Shown one piece after another: positions 8,750 to 21,616 of a stretch of 53,156 nt of DNA. This DNA is from Meiothermus sp. (lineage in GTDB: Bacteria; Deinococcota; Deinococci; Deinococcales; Thermaceae), in NCBI GenBank assembly GCA_033762915.1, contig JANRLD010000033.1:1-53156 (forward strand), in the 5' to 3' direction. A program made the translations under genes and the position numbers. Under the pieces are notes generated by a model. The model was not told where the DNA came from. It ran no database searches and saw nothing but the letters and a program-made list of their open reading frames with translations. How positions within the stretch are numbered: position 1 is the stretch's first letter; the number at the start of each line of letters is the position of its first letter.

Positions 8750-10918
8750 GTGACGCTGTGGCTTCGCATCGCAACCATGGCCCTGCTGGTGCTGGCGGCC
8801 TGGAACCCTTCGGTGCCGCTTCAGCCGGTGCGAACCGTGGTGTTGCTCGACCAGAGCCCCTCGGCCCGCGACGCCGTCACGCGGTTCGCGCCGCAGGTCG
8901 CCACCCCTTCGGCCCGGTATGTGGCCTTCGCCAGTGGGGCCGAGCCGGTCGCCGCCGCCACCGCGCGGCGGGTTGACCTGGGCGAGGGCACGAACCTAGC
9001 GGCCGCTCTCGAGGCCGCCCGCCAGCTCGAGCCCGACCGCATCGTATTGGTCTCGGACGGACTGTTTCAGACCACGGGCGTCCCGTCAGCCCCGCTGTTC
9101 GCGTTCTACCAGCCGCCCAGCCCCAACCTCTCGGTCTCTCTGGTCCCGCCCGCGCTGCCCACCCGCGGCGAGACGGTGGAGGTGCGGGTGGTGCTGGAGT
9201 CCACCGCCCCCACTACCGCCCGCCTGACCCTCTCCGGCCCTGCCGGAACCCAGACCCGCAGCCTGAGCGTGCGACCGGGGCGCAGCAGCCTGGGATACAG
9301 GTTCAGCCTCGAGCAGCCCAGCCGTGTCAGCGTTAGGGTGCAGAGCGGCCTCGGCACCGAGGAGGCCAGCGTCCAGGTCAACCCGGTGGATACCACGCGG
9401 GTCTGGGTGCTGGGGGACCCCTCGATGGCTCGCTATCTGCGGGCGCAGGGCTTTGCTGTGACCGAGCGGCGCGATGTGCCAAACCCGGTCGAGGCCGAGG
9501 TGATCGTGGTGGGAGTGGGGGTGCGCGACCTCCAGCCTACCGACATTGCCACCCTGCAGAGCTTTCTGGGTGCGGGCGGGAGCATCCTCTGGACGGCCAC
9601 CCCCCGGGGCCTCTTCTTCGGCGGCTGGGAGCGCTCCACGCTGGCCGGGGCGCTGCCCGTGGAGCCGCAGGAGGAACCGGGCGGGGTGGGGCTAGTGCTG
9701 GTGCTGGACGTGTCGGGGAGCATGGTCGAGCAGGGCAAAATCGACCTAGCGCTGCGGGGCTCGCTCGAGCTGATCCGCAGCGGCCGACCACAGGACTACA
9801 TCGGGGTAGTGACCTTCTCCGACCGGGCCGCCTGGCGCTTCCGCCCCCGCCCCATGACCGACCAGGGCCGCCGCGAGGCCGAAAGCCTGCTTCTGTCCGC
9901 CACGGCGGGCGGCGGGACCAACATCGCCAGGGCCTACACCCAGGCCCTCGAGAGCCTCGAGGGCCTTCCGGTGCGCTCCAGGCAGGTGCTGGTGCTGACC
10001 GACGGCCTGGCCCAGGACGTGACCCCCAACCTCTACACCCTGGCCCGCGACGCCGCCCCCGAGATTCGCACCAGCACCGTGGCGCTGGGCAGTGACGCCG
10101 ACCAGACCTTCCTGCGCGACCTCGCGGTGAGCGGCGGCGGAACGTTCTGGAATGTCCCCCGGGCCGCCGACCTACCCCGCTTCTTCCTCGAGGAGGCCCA
10201 GCGGGCCTTTCAGCGCCGCAGTCTCGAGGGCAGCTTCCCCCTCTCCGTGCGTCCGCACCCCGTCACCCGCGGGCTCCAGCCGCCGCCGGTCTCCACCGTG
10301 CTGCCCGCCCGCGCCAAGCCCTGGGCGCAGAGCGTGCTGGCCTGGGGCGAAGGCTCGGTGCTGGCGGTGGGGGAGAGCGGGCGGGGACGGGTGGCGGCGC
10401 TGGCCACCGACCTCTCGAGGTCGTGGCGAGGTTGGCCCGGCGTGTCGCCCCTGATGGCCGAGCTGACCCGCTGGCTCTCCCAGACTCCGGCCCGCCCGCG
10501 GGCGCAGGCCGTTCAGGAGCAGGGCTTCACGCGGGTAGTGCTCGAGGGCCAGTTCGAGCGGCCCCGGCTGCGCTTCGGGGGCCTCGAGCAGCCCTTCGCA
10601 CCAACCGGGGCCCTGCGCTTCGAGGCCAGGGTTCCGGCCGGCGTGCTGGGTCAGGTGCAGATTTTCGAGGGCGAGCAGTCGAGGCTGACCCTCCAACTCC
10701 CCAGCCCCCCCGAGTGGCGCAGCGCCGACGGACGCGCCGCCCTGCGCGAGCTGGCCGAGTCCAGCGGCGGCAGGCTGCTGGCCAGCCCCGACGAACTCCG
10801 GGCCCTGCCCAGTCGCGCCGCGCTGAGCCTGCAGCCCTACCTGCTGGTGCTGGCGTTGCTACTGTTTTTGTGGGAGAGGTGGCTGGAGAACCGGCGGTTG
10901 CGGCGGTTGACGGCCTAA
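8750..10918 (+). CDS. Membrane-anchored VWA domain protein
   Basis: MIDAS 'VLDVSGSM...GGGTNI...VLTDG', degenerate N-terminal VWA 'LLDQSPS...LVSDG', N- and C-terminal hydrophobic anchors. Confidence 0.85.
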   Translation: MTLWLRIATMALLVLAAWNPSVPLQPVRTVVLLDQSPSARDAVTRFAPQVATPSARYVAFASGAEPVAAATARRVDLGEGTNLAAALEAARQLEPDRIVLVSDGLFQTTGVPSAPLFAFYQPPSPNLSVSLVPPALPTRGETVEVRVVLESTAPTTARLTLSGPAGTQTRSLSVRPGRSSLGYRFSLEQPSRVSVRVQSGLGTEEASVQVNPVDTTRVWVLGDPSMARYLRAQGFAVTERRDVPNPVEAEVIVVGVGVRDLQPTDIATLQSFLGAGGSILWTATPRGLFFGGWERSTLAGALPVEPQEEPGGVGLVLVLDVSGSMVEQGKIDLALRGSLELIRSGRPQDYIGVVTFSDRAAWRFRPRPMTDQGRREAESLLLSATAGGGTNIARAYTQALESLEGLPVRSRQVLVLTDGLAQDVTPNLYTLARDAAPEIRTSTVALGSDADQTFLRDLAVSGGGTFWNVPRAADLPRFFLEEAQRAFQRRSLEGSFPLSVRPHPVTRGLQPPPVSTVLPARAKPWAQSVLAWGEGSVLAVGESGRGRVAALATDLSRSWRGWPGVSPLMAELTRWLSQTPARPRAQAVQEQGFTRVVLEGQFERPRLRFGGLEQPFAPTGALRFEARVPAGVLGQVQIFEGEQSRLTLQLPSPPEWRSADGRAALRELAESSGGRLLASPDELRALPSRAALSLQPYLLVLALLLFLWERWLENRRLRRLTA

Positions 10919-11034
10919 GCCGAAGGGCAGGGGGTAAGTGGATGGGCAGTCCCTTGCGCATTGGCTTGTGCGGGGCTTGGCTGGCGTCGCCCGCCCCCTC
11001 CTTCACACGCCTCCCGCCCGGTAAACTATCCCCT

Positions 11035-11478
11035 GTGGACATCAACGAGATCCTCAAGCTGCTGCCGCACCGCTATCCGTTCTTGCTGATAGACCGTATC
11101 CTCGAGGTCTCCGAGAAGCGCTTCAAGGTGCTTAAGAACGTGACCGCGAACGAGCCGCAGTTCCAGGGGCACTTTCCCGGTTTCCCGATCATGCCGGGGG
11201 TGCTGATCGTGGAGGCGATGGCCCAGGGGTCGGTCTCGGTGGTGACCCAGCAGCCGGAATACAGGCCAGGGTGCCTGGTGTTTCTGGTAGGGATTGACGA
11301 GACCCGCTTTAAGAGGCCGGTGATTCCGGGCGATACGCTGATCCTCGAGGGCGAGCTGATCATGTACCGCAAGGGCCTGGGCAAGGTGCGGGTACAGGCC
11401 AAGGTGGGCGAGGAAGTGCGGGCCGAGGGCACCATCACCTTCATTCTGCGGGCCGAGGATGGGGGCCCCATCGCATGA
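11035..11478 (+). CDS. fabZ: 3-hydroxyacyl-ACP dehydratase FabZ
   Basis: 'LPHRYPFLLIDR' and 'FQGHFPGFPIMPGVLIVEAMAQ'; GTG start 7 nt after TAAACT. Confidence 0.95.
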   Translation: MDINEILKLLPHRYPFLLIDRILEVSEKRFKVLKNVTANEPQFQGHFPGFPIMPGVLIVEAMAQGSVSVVTQQPEYRPGCLVFLVGIDETRFKRPVIPGDTLILEGELIMYRKGLGKVRVQAKVGEEVRAEGTITFILRAEDGGPIA

Positions 11479-11518
11479 GCCACAGCGCCTTCCAAGCGAC
11501 CGCGGGAGGCCGGGCGGT

Positions 11519-12298
11519 ATGAGCCGTAGCGCCATCCACCCCACCGCAGTGGTGTCCCCCAAGGCCAGGGTCGCCCCCGACGTGAAGATCGGCCCTTACG
11601 CGGTGATCGAGCCCGACTGCGAAATTGAGTCCGGCTGCGAGATCGGGCCGCACGCGGTGATCCACGCCCACGTCAAGCTGGCCGCAGGCGTGAAGGTGGG
11701 GGCGCACGCGGTGCTGGGTGGGGAGCCTCAGGATTTGGGCTTTAAGGGCGGGCCGACCGGCCTCGAGATCGGTGCCAACACCCGCATCCGTGAGGGCGTC
11801 ACCATGCACCGCGCCAGCACCGAGGAGCGGCCCACCAGGGTCGGCTCGGACTGTTACTTCATGGCCTACACCCACATCGCCCACGATTGCCAGGTGGGCA
11901 ACGGGGTGATCCTCACCCAGAGCGCCATTGTGGCGGGCCACTGCGAGATCGGGGACGGGGTGATTCTGGGGGGGCTGGCGGGGGTTCACCAGTTCGTCCG
12001 CATCGGCCCTAAGGCCATGATCGGGGGCCTCAGCAAGGTGACGCGCGACGTGCTGCCCTACGCGCTGGTCAACGGCAGCCCGGCTCTCCACTACCGCCTC
12101 AACGCTGTGGGGCTGCGCCGTGCTGGGCTGAGCGGGGAGCCGTACAAGGCTCTCGAGGCCGCCTTCCGTGCCGCGAGGGCGGGTGAGGCTGTTGTCGGTG
12201 ACACTCCCGAAGTCCAGGTCTTCCGGGCCTTCCTCGAGGCCCCCAGCAAGCGCCGCATCTCCGGCTTCGTGCGCGGCGAGGTAGAGTTCGAATTCTAG
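11519..12298 (+). CDS. lpxA: Acyl-ACP--UDP-GlcNAc O-acyltransferase LpxA
   Basis: Hexapeptide repeats plus 'IHPTAVV', 'GEPQDL', 'HIAHDC', 'VHQFVRIG' and 'LNAVGLRR'. Confidence 0.9.
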   Translation: MSRSAIHPTAVVSPKARVAPDVKIGPYAVIEPDCEIESGCEIGPHAVIHAHVKLAAGVKVGAHAVLGGEPQDLGFKGGPTGLEIGANTRIREGVTMHRASTEERPTRVGSDCYFMAYTHIAHDCQVGNGVILTQSAIVAGHCEIGDGVILGGLAGVHQFVRIGPKAMIGGLSKVTRDVLPYALVNGSPALHYRLNAVGLRRAGLSGEPYKALEAAFRAARAGEAVVGDTPEVQVFRAFLEAPSKRRISGFVRGEVEFEF

Positions 12299-12403
12299 CC
12301 AGCGGGGAACAGCCTTGGCGGAGCAACGAGCCCCAACGGCCAAGGACACCAGCTTCTTTCCACCAACCTCTCGCAGTCTGCGGCTCCCTTTTCCCTACCC
12401 CAC

Positions 12404-13594
12404 ATGGCGCTTGACGAAATCCTCCTGCTCACCAACGGCCCCGGCGAGCTCTCGACCTGGGTTCCGCCGGTGCTGAGGCGATTGCGGGTGGCGGAACCCT
12501 CGGCGCGGCTCGAGTTGTTCCTGGTGCGCGACCAATTCTCGGCGGGGACGGAGGCCGCTCGGGCGCGGGAACTCGACCTGGACGCCGTCTATGGGCGGGC
12601 CGAGCTGTTGGGACGGATCGCCTCGAGAAAGCCCAGGGGCCGGGGCCGGGTGCTGATGCTGGGCGGTGCGCCGAGGGACGCGGCGCTGCTGGGGCGGGCG
12701 CTGGGCTATCCGGCCTTCGTCTACAGCTTTGACCACAAGGCGTGGTATCCCGGGCTGTCGGGGCTGATGGTGGACTCCGAGCGCACCCGCAAGGCGGCCG
12801 TGGCTCGAGGAGCAGACGCCGCCAAAACCCACACCGTAGGCAACCTCGTGCGCGACGCGATGGAAGACGCCAGGGGCGGCGGGGACCAGGCCGCCGACGT
12901 GCTGATTTTTCCCAGCAGCCGGCCTTTCGCGGCGCGCTACTTGCTGGGCTTCATGCTCGCCGCGGCCGAGCGGATGGCCGCCGCCAGGCCCGGCCTGCGA
13001 TTCGGCTGGGTGCGGAGCCGCCTGCTGACCGACGCAGCCGTCGGCGAGGCGCTCTCGGGGAGGTTCGCCGGGGAGATCGGCGGGGTAAGCGCACGCCTGG
13101 AGGGGGCGGGGCAGGGAGACGAGGGGAGGGGGCATTTGCTCACTCAGAACGGCCTGCGGGTGGAAGTCGTGAGCGAGTCTGCGCGCTACTCGGCCATGGC
13201 GGGCGCGAAAGTCGCCGTCACCATTCCGGGAACCAACACCCTCGAGCTGGCCCTGGCTGGGCTGCCTGCGGTGGTGCTGCTGCCGCTACACAAGCCCGAA
13301 CTGCTGCCCCTCGAGGGCGTCCTGCACTGGCTGTTTATGCTGCCCGGCGGGCGCGGACTCAAGCAGCGCTTTGTGCTGGGACTCGAGCGGCGCGTCGGTC
13401 ACTTAGCCCTGCCCAACCAGTGGCTGGGCGAGCGCGTCTTTCCCGAGCTGCGCGGCGTCTTCGGCCCCGACGCGGTGGCGGAGGCGGCGCTAGAACTGCT
13501 CGAGCCCGCCCGCCGGCAGCAGATCAGGACCCGCCTGCAAGATTTGGACGCCCCGCCCGGAGCCGATAATTTGGTGCGGAAGGTGCTGGAATGA
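12404..13594 (+). CDS. lpxB: Lipid-A-disaccharide synthase-like glycosyltransferase (LpxB-related)
   Basis: 'NGPGELSTWV', 'IFPSSR', 'TIPGTNTLELA' and 'LALPN' GT-B motifs, plus position after lpxA. Confidence 0.65.
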   Translation: MALDEILLLTNGPGELSTWVPPVLRRLRVAEPSARLELFLVRDQFSAGTEAARARELDLDAVYGRAELLGRIASRKPRGRGRVLMLGGAPRDAALLGRALGYPAFVYSFDHKAWYPGLSGLMVDSERTRKAAVARGADAAKTHTVGNLVRDAMEDARGGGDQAADVLIFPSSRPFAARYLLGFMLAAAERMAAARPGLRFGWVRSRLLTDAAVGEALSGRFAGEIGGVSARLEGAGQGDEGRGHLLTQNGLRVEVVSESARYSAMAGAKVAVTIPGTNTLELALAGLPAVVLLPLHKPELLPLEGVLHWLFMLPGGRGLKQRFVLGLERRVGHLALPNQWLGERVFPELRGVFGPDAVAEAALELLEPARRQQIRTRLQDLDAPPGADNLVRKVLE

Positions 13595-13804
13595 AGAGCG
13601 AAGGGCGCGCGGGGAATCAAAGTCAGGCCGTCATCGGCTGGCTGCCGGGCGTGCGACGCACGGATCACCGAGGCCACATCGAGATTCCTCGGAGCAGCCA
13701 AGCCACCCCACCCGGGCTATCCGAGGGCCTCGAGGCGGCAACGCTTGAGCCCGGTTGGCTCTAGGTTTATAACGTCCCCATCAACTCTCCCATCCCCTCC
13801 CAAC

Positions 13805-15475
13805 ATGACCCTCCTCCGCCTCCTCAACCCCTTCTGGCCGCTGGTCGGCGTGGCGCTGCTGTTGGCGCTCATTCCGGCGGTGGCCCAGGCTTATCTGCCC
13901 ACGCTGGTGGTGCGGCCCCTGTTCGACCAGATTCTGGGGCAGGGCCAGTTCGGGGCATTGGGGGGCGTGCTCTGGGTGGGGGCGGGTCTGTTGGGGCTGC
14001 TGGTGGTGGGGGGGTATGCCCTCGAGGCGTTCATCGGTTACCTATCGGTGCGGATTCCGGCGTACTGGCGGGAGCGGATTTTTGGGGCGCTGCTGGGGGC
14101 GCAGCTCGGCGCGGTGCCGGGCTCGGCGGGCGGGCTGGCGACGCGGGTGGTGGCCGACCTGCGCGAGCTCGAGACCTTTCTCTTCTACGGATTAGGGGCC
14201 ATCGTGCTCCAGGGAGTATCGCTGGCGGCGCTGCTGGCCCAGTTGCTGCTGCGCTACACCGAACTCACCCTCTACCTGCTGCTGATGCTCCCGGTGCTGG
14301 CGCTGCTGCTGGGCTGGCTGGGCAGTGTGGTGACGCAGTACTCCCAGCGTACCCAGGCTGCCCTCGAGCGCATCGCCGGCCGGATGAGCGAGGGATTCGG
14401 GCGGCTCGAGCTGATCCGGGCGCTGGGCCTCGAGGGCTTCGCCCGGCGGCGCTTCGAGCAGGCCAACGCGACGCAGTTCCGGCTGGCCCGGCGGAGGATG
14501 CTGGTCTCGGCCTTCAACCTGCCGATGGGGCAGCTCTTCACCACCCTTCTGGTGGGCTTCCTGCTGGCGCTGGGGGTGGGGGCGGTGGGGCGCGGGCAGA
14601 TGACCACTGGCGACCTGACCGCCTTCCTGACCCTGTTGGCCCTGGCCATCACCCCGCTGCAAACCCTCAGCCGGGCCGGGGTGCTCTACGCCCAGGGCGA
14701 GGGATCGGCCGCGCGCCTGGCCGAGCTGCTGGACCTGCCGCCCGCCCCACAGGGCGGAAACCTGAGGCCCGAGCGGCTGCGGGGCGAACTCGAGCTGGAG
14801 AAGGTCGGCTTTGGTTACGGCGGCCAGGCGGTGCTGAACGACGTCAGCCTGAGCGTGATGGCGGGCTCTATGGTGGGGCTGGTAGGGGCCTCTGGCTCGG
14901 GCAAGAGCACTCTGCTGCGTCTGCTGCTGGGCCTCTACCGCCCGACCCAGGGGCAGATCCTGCTTGACGGGCACGGGCTGGCGGAGTACGACCAGGAGTG
15001 GCTGCGCTCCAAAGTCGCCTGGGTCCCGCAGGAGCCGCTGCTGTTCGCGGGGAGCCTGCGGGAGAACCTGGGGGCTCTGGCCCCCCAGGCCAGCCCGCCG
15101 CAGATGCTCGAGGCCCTCGCCGCCGTCGGCCTGTCCGACCTCTCGCTGGCCTACCCGATAGACGAGGGGGGCGGCGGCCTATCGGTGGGCCAGCGGCAGC
15201 GGGTCGCCATCGCGGCGGCGCTGCTGCGCGACGCTCGAGTGCTCCTGCTCGACGAGATCACCAGCGCGCTGGATCGGACCTCCGAGGCCCAGGTGGTCGC
15301 CGCCCTCGAGGCTGCCCGCCGGGGCCGCACGGTGATTGTGGTGGCCCACCGCCTCTCCACGGTGCGTCAGGCCGACCAGATCGTGGTGATGGACGCGGGC
15401 CGGGTAGTTGAGCACGGTACCCACGCCGACTTGCTGATGAAGTCGGGGGTGTACTCGAGGCTGTGGCAGGGCTGA
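13805..15475 (+). CDS. MsbA-like ABC exporter (fused TMD-NBD)
   Basis: Six TM helices, Walker [10 protein letters not shown], signature LSVGQRQR, Walker B LLLDE, AHRLST. Confidence 0.88.
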   Translation: MTLLRLLNPFWPLVGVALLLALIPAVAQAYLPTLVVRPLFDQILGQGQFGALGGVLWVGAGLLGLLVVGGYALEAFIGYLSVRIPAYWRERIFGALLGAQLGAVPGSAGGLATRVVADLRELETFLFYGLGAIVLQGVSLAALLAQLLLRYTELTLYLLLMLPVLALLLGWLGSVVTQYSQRTQAALERIAGRMSEGFGRLELIRALGLEGFARRRFEQANATQFRLARRRMLVSAFNLPMGQLFTTLLVGFLLALGVGAVGRGQMTTGDLTAFLTLLALAITPLQTLSRAGVLYAQGEGSAARLAELLDLPPAPQGGNLRPERLRGELELEKVGFGYGGQAVLNDVSLSVMAGSMVGLVGASGSGKSTLLRLLLGLYRPTQGQILLDGHGLAEYDQEWLRSKVAWVPQEPLLFAGSLRENLGALAPQASPPQMLEALAAVGLSDLSLAYPIDEGGGGLSVGQRQRVAIAAALLRDARVLLLDEITSALDRTSEAQVVAALEAARRGRTVIVVAHRLSTVRQADQIVVMDAGRVVEHGTHADLLMKSGVYSRLWQG

Positions 15476-15542
15476 GCGGGGTGCGGCCCAAAAGCAATGC
15501 AAAACACTGCTGAGACAATTCTGGAAGGTTTACAATCGCATT

Positions 15543-16403
15543 GTGCAGCTTGGATACTCGTTCTGTCCCAATGACACATTCATTTTCTACGCACTCGCCC
15601 ACGGCAAAGTCCCGACCCCGTTTCCCATCACCGAAGTCCTCGAGGACGTGGAGACCCTCAACCGCTGGGCCCTCGAGGGTCGGCTGCCCCTGACCAAGAT
15701 CAGCTACGCGGCCTACGGGCGGCTGCGCGAGCGGTACGTGGCGCTGAGGGCGGGCGGTGCGCTGGGCCGGGGGGTGGGGCCGCTGCTGGTGACGAAGGGG
15801 GAAATGGGCGGGCCCGAGCCAAGAGGGGGCGAATCCCTAGATGGCTGGCCGAGCCTCGAGGGCAAGCGCGTAGCAGTCCCCGGTCTGGGCACCACCGCCT
15901 TCATGCTGCTGAGCTTTTACGCCGAGACGGGAGGGCAGTTCGTCCCGGTGGAGATGCGCTACGATCAGATCATGCCCGCCGTCAAGCGGGGCGAGGTGGA
16001 CGCGGGACTGATCATTCACGAGTCGCGCTTCACTTACCACCTTCACGGCCTCCAGAAGGTGCTCGACCTTGGCGAGTGGTGGGAGGGTGTGACCGGTCTT
16101 CCGCTTCCGCTGGGTGCGATTCTGGCCCGGCGCGATCTGGGTGAGGAGGCCATCCGGGCCCTCGACAAAGGGGTTCGGCAGAGCCTCGAGTACGCCCACG
16201 CCCACCCCGAGGAGACCGTGGCCTACATCAAGCGGCACGCCGCGGAACTCGACGACGAGGTGATCTGGGCGCACATCCGAACCTACGTCAACGAATTCTC
16301 GCTAGATGTGGGGGCCGAGGGCCAGCGGGCCGTGGAGGAGCTTTTCCGGCGGGGGGAGGCCAAAGGGTTGTTGCCTGTTTCGGCTCAGTCGGTCTTCATC
16401 TAA
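15543..16403 (+). CDS. mqnD: 1,4-dihydroxy-6-naphthoate synthase (futalosine menaquinone pathway)
   Basis: 'SFCPNDTFIFYAL', 'GALGRGVGP', 'IIHESRFTY', 'DLGEWWE' and 'PLPLG'. Confidence 0.93.
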   Translation: MQLGYSFCPNDTFIFYALAHGKVPTPFPITEVLEDVETLNRWALEGRLPLTKISYAAYGRLRERYVALRAGGALGRGVGPLLVTKGEMGGPEPRGGESLDGWPSLEGKRVAVPGLGTTAFMLLSFYAETGGQFVPVEMRYDQIMPAVKRGEVDAGLIIHESRFTYHLHGLQKVLDLGEWWEGVTGLPLPLGAILARRDLGEEAIRALDKGVRQSLEYAHAHPEETVAYIKRHAAELDDEVIWAHIRTYVNEFSLDVGAEGQRAVEELFRRGEAKGLLPVSAQSVFI

Positions 16404-16520
16404 GCTACGAAAAACTCATAAAAGAATGGTAATAAACGCACAAAATCCACATTGGGCGACAACCTTCTGTAATCTATTCAAAAGAGGCAACGTTCCGAGC
16501 GTCCGTGTAGAACCCCTGAT

Positions 16521-17162
16521 ATGACTCCCGCCTTCTTCTCATACCTCTCACCCGAAGCCCGCCTCGAGGCCGAGCGCATATTCCGCCCATTCGTGGCACG
16601 GCGCGGCAGCTACGTCTGCTACCCCGAGGACGACGCCAGCACCCTCTACTACCTCAGCGAGGGCTGGGTGCGCCTGTTCCAGATTGGCCCCGACGAGGAG
16701 GAGATCACCCTAACAGTGCTGGGTAAGGGAGAAATCTTCGGCGAGGCCAGCCTCCTCTCCAACGAGTTGTACGGCGTATTTGCCGAGCCGCTGGTGGACT
16801 GCGAGGTGCTGTCGGCCTCTAGGGAGGACATCGGACGGCTTACCCTGCGCTTCCCCGAGGCCCACGGGGCTTTCGTGGTCCTGCTGGCCCACCGCCTGCG
16901 CAAGGCCGAGGAGCGCCTGCGCGACCTCCGCTTTAAAGAAGTGCTGCCCCGCCTGGCTAAGGCCCTTTTGGCCGCCATGAAGAAAGGCCAGGACGGCATG
17001 GAGGTCACGCTCTCACACCAGGACCTGGCCCACCTCGCGGGCTCAACCCGCGAGACCGTGACCAAGGTGCTGGGCGAGCTGAGCATGGAAGACACCATCG
17101 AGCTGGGCTACCGGCGCATCCTGGTGCTACGCCCGGAGTCGCTGAAGGAAGTTTCGCTGTAG
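16521..17162 (+). CDS. Crp/Fnr family transcriptional regulator
   Basis: cNMP-binding domain 'GEIFGE' and HTH 'LSHQDLAHLAGSTRETVTKVL'. Confidence 0.92.
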   Translation: MTPAFFSYLSPEARLEAERIFRPFVARRGSYVCYPEDDASTLYYLSEGWVRLFQIGPDEEEITLTVLGKGEIFGEASLLSNELYGVFAEPLVDCEVLSASREDIGRLTLRFPEAHGAFVVLLAHRLRKAEERLRDLRFKEVLPRLAKALLAAMKKGQDGMEVTLSHQDLAHLAGSTRETVTKVLGELSMEDTIELGYRRILVLRPESLKEVSL

Positions 17163-17310
17163 GTTTTTGATTCCGCTTCACAAAGCCAGCGCGGTTTGAA
17201 GCCAGCCCTCGAGCTGTCGGATGGCGAGACAGGCCTTCTCAACCAACGCATTGCCGAGAGAACAGGGCTTCGTCGGCAGTTCTCACCCTTTTGCTCGAGC
17301 GGTGCTGCGC

Positions 17311-17465
17311 CAAGTTGCGCCAGGGTAGAAGTGCGGAAATGGCGGATTCGGTAAACATGTGTCAGGGCGGAGTGGCGTGCGCCATAGCCGCGGAGCGGCT
17401 ACCCGGGGCGCAATTCCCTGCGGGATCTGGTATGCGACATGTCGCATTCCAACTATGGAGACTTA
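17311..17465 (+). mobile_element. Modular MITE/BOX-like element, copy 3
   Basis: CAAGTTGCGCCAGGGTAGAAGTGCGGAA...one internal unit...CAACTATGGAGACTTA. Confidence 0.72.
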
Positions 17466-17480
17466 TCCAGCAATTCCCAC

Positions 17481-17520
17481 GAATACCCCGCACGCAGATA
17501 CTCGGACGTGCGGGGTATTC
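17481..17520. terminator. Hairpin between convergent crp and ileS (probable terminator)
   Basis: Perfect 14-bp inverted repeat GAATACCCCGCACG / CGTGCGGGGTATTC. Confidence 0.55.
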
Positions 17521-17567
17521 GCGTATTAACAGAAACCGTAGCGGTGTAGCGGGCCAGGGTGTGTGCC

Positions 17568-20882
<3,315 letters not shown>

Positions 20883-20934
20883 GCCCCGGTTCCTTTCTGA
20901 AGGAACCCATCCGGAGCACAGGGCCGAGCGCTAG

Positions 20935-21340
20935 GGGAAAAGAAAACGCCCGCCCTGAATCCTTTCGGGTTCTTCAGGTGCGGACGAGAGACTCTGTACG
21001 AGTTTTCCCGCGTTACCACCGCACTTCCAGTGGATTGTCGGGAGTCTGGGGTCGAGCCAACGGGGCTGTTTGTCCCCTGGCTCTCGACGCTCGACGCGCC
21101 ACTGGCGCTTTAGACCGCTGTCTCGGGCGTACCCGTCGGGGTCTACTCGCCTTTTCTCGCTCCTCCTTCACGCGCTATACGCCAGGGGATGGGCAGAGGG
21201 GCAGGCTTTCTTCCCAAGTTCCGCGTTACGCGGCGGGGTGATGTCCGAGGCTCGAGGTTGCCGCCAGGCTTTCACCGTCCCTGACTCGCTGTTGGAGAGG
21301 TTTTGGGCTCTCAACGAGCTATAACCTGCTTTGCCCGTTA
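20935..21340 (-). promoter_or_regulatory. T-box riboswitch leader of ileS (Ile specifier AUC)
   Basis: Minus strand: Stem I-like 'AGCGAGTCAGGGACGGTGAAAGCCTGG', 'GGAC-ATC-ACC' (ATC at 21242-21240), T-box 'GCGGTGGTAACGCG' (~21022-21009), then a GC hairpin and T-run before ileS. Boundaries approximate. Confidence 0.85.
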
Positions 21341-21379
21341 CTGGACTCTCGAGGCTCGACGCGCCACCGGCGCACCCCT

Positions 21380-21422
21380 TGTAAACCTTTACATTGACCT
21401 TACTTTGTGATAACCTCCACAA
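21380..21422 (+). promoter_or_regulatory. Candidate promoter with two operator-like palindromes upstream of tal
   Basis: TTTACA-17nt-TAACCT (TGn-extended); palindromes TGTAAA-CC-TTTACA and TTGTGAT-AACC-TCCACAA. Confidence 0.4.
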
Positions 21423-21616
21423 CTGGTGGTCAATACCTGAATGGTACTCGCCACTACCCCCATAGTCAACAATCAAACCCCGTGTCGGACGGTTTATACC
21501 CAGTCGGTTGTTTGTCACTGTGTCTCTTGTTTCTCACCCGCAGGGCGCTATATACTCCGACAAATCCGCACAAAAAGCTGTTCCCAAGCGGTGTGACGTA
21601 AAGGAGATGGACGAGC

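Noticed and set aside
10423..11034. Apparent N-terminal extension of FabZ
   Set aside because: It overlaps the VWA gene in another frame, and a leaderless -10 box precedes GTG 11035.
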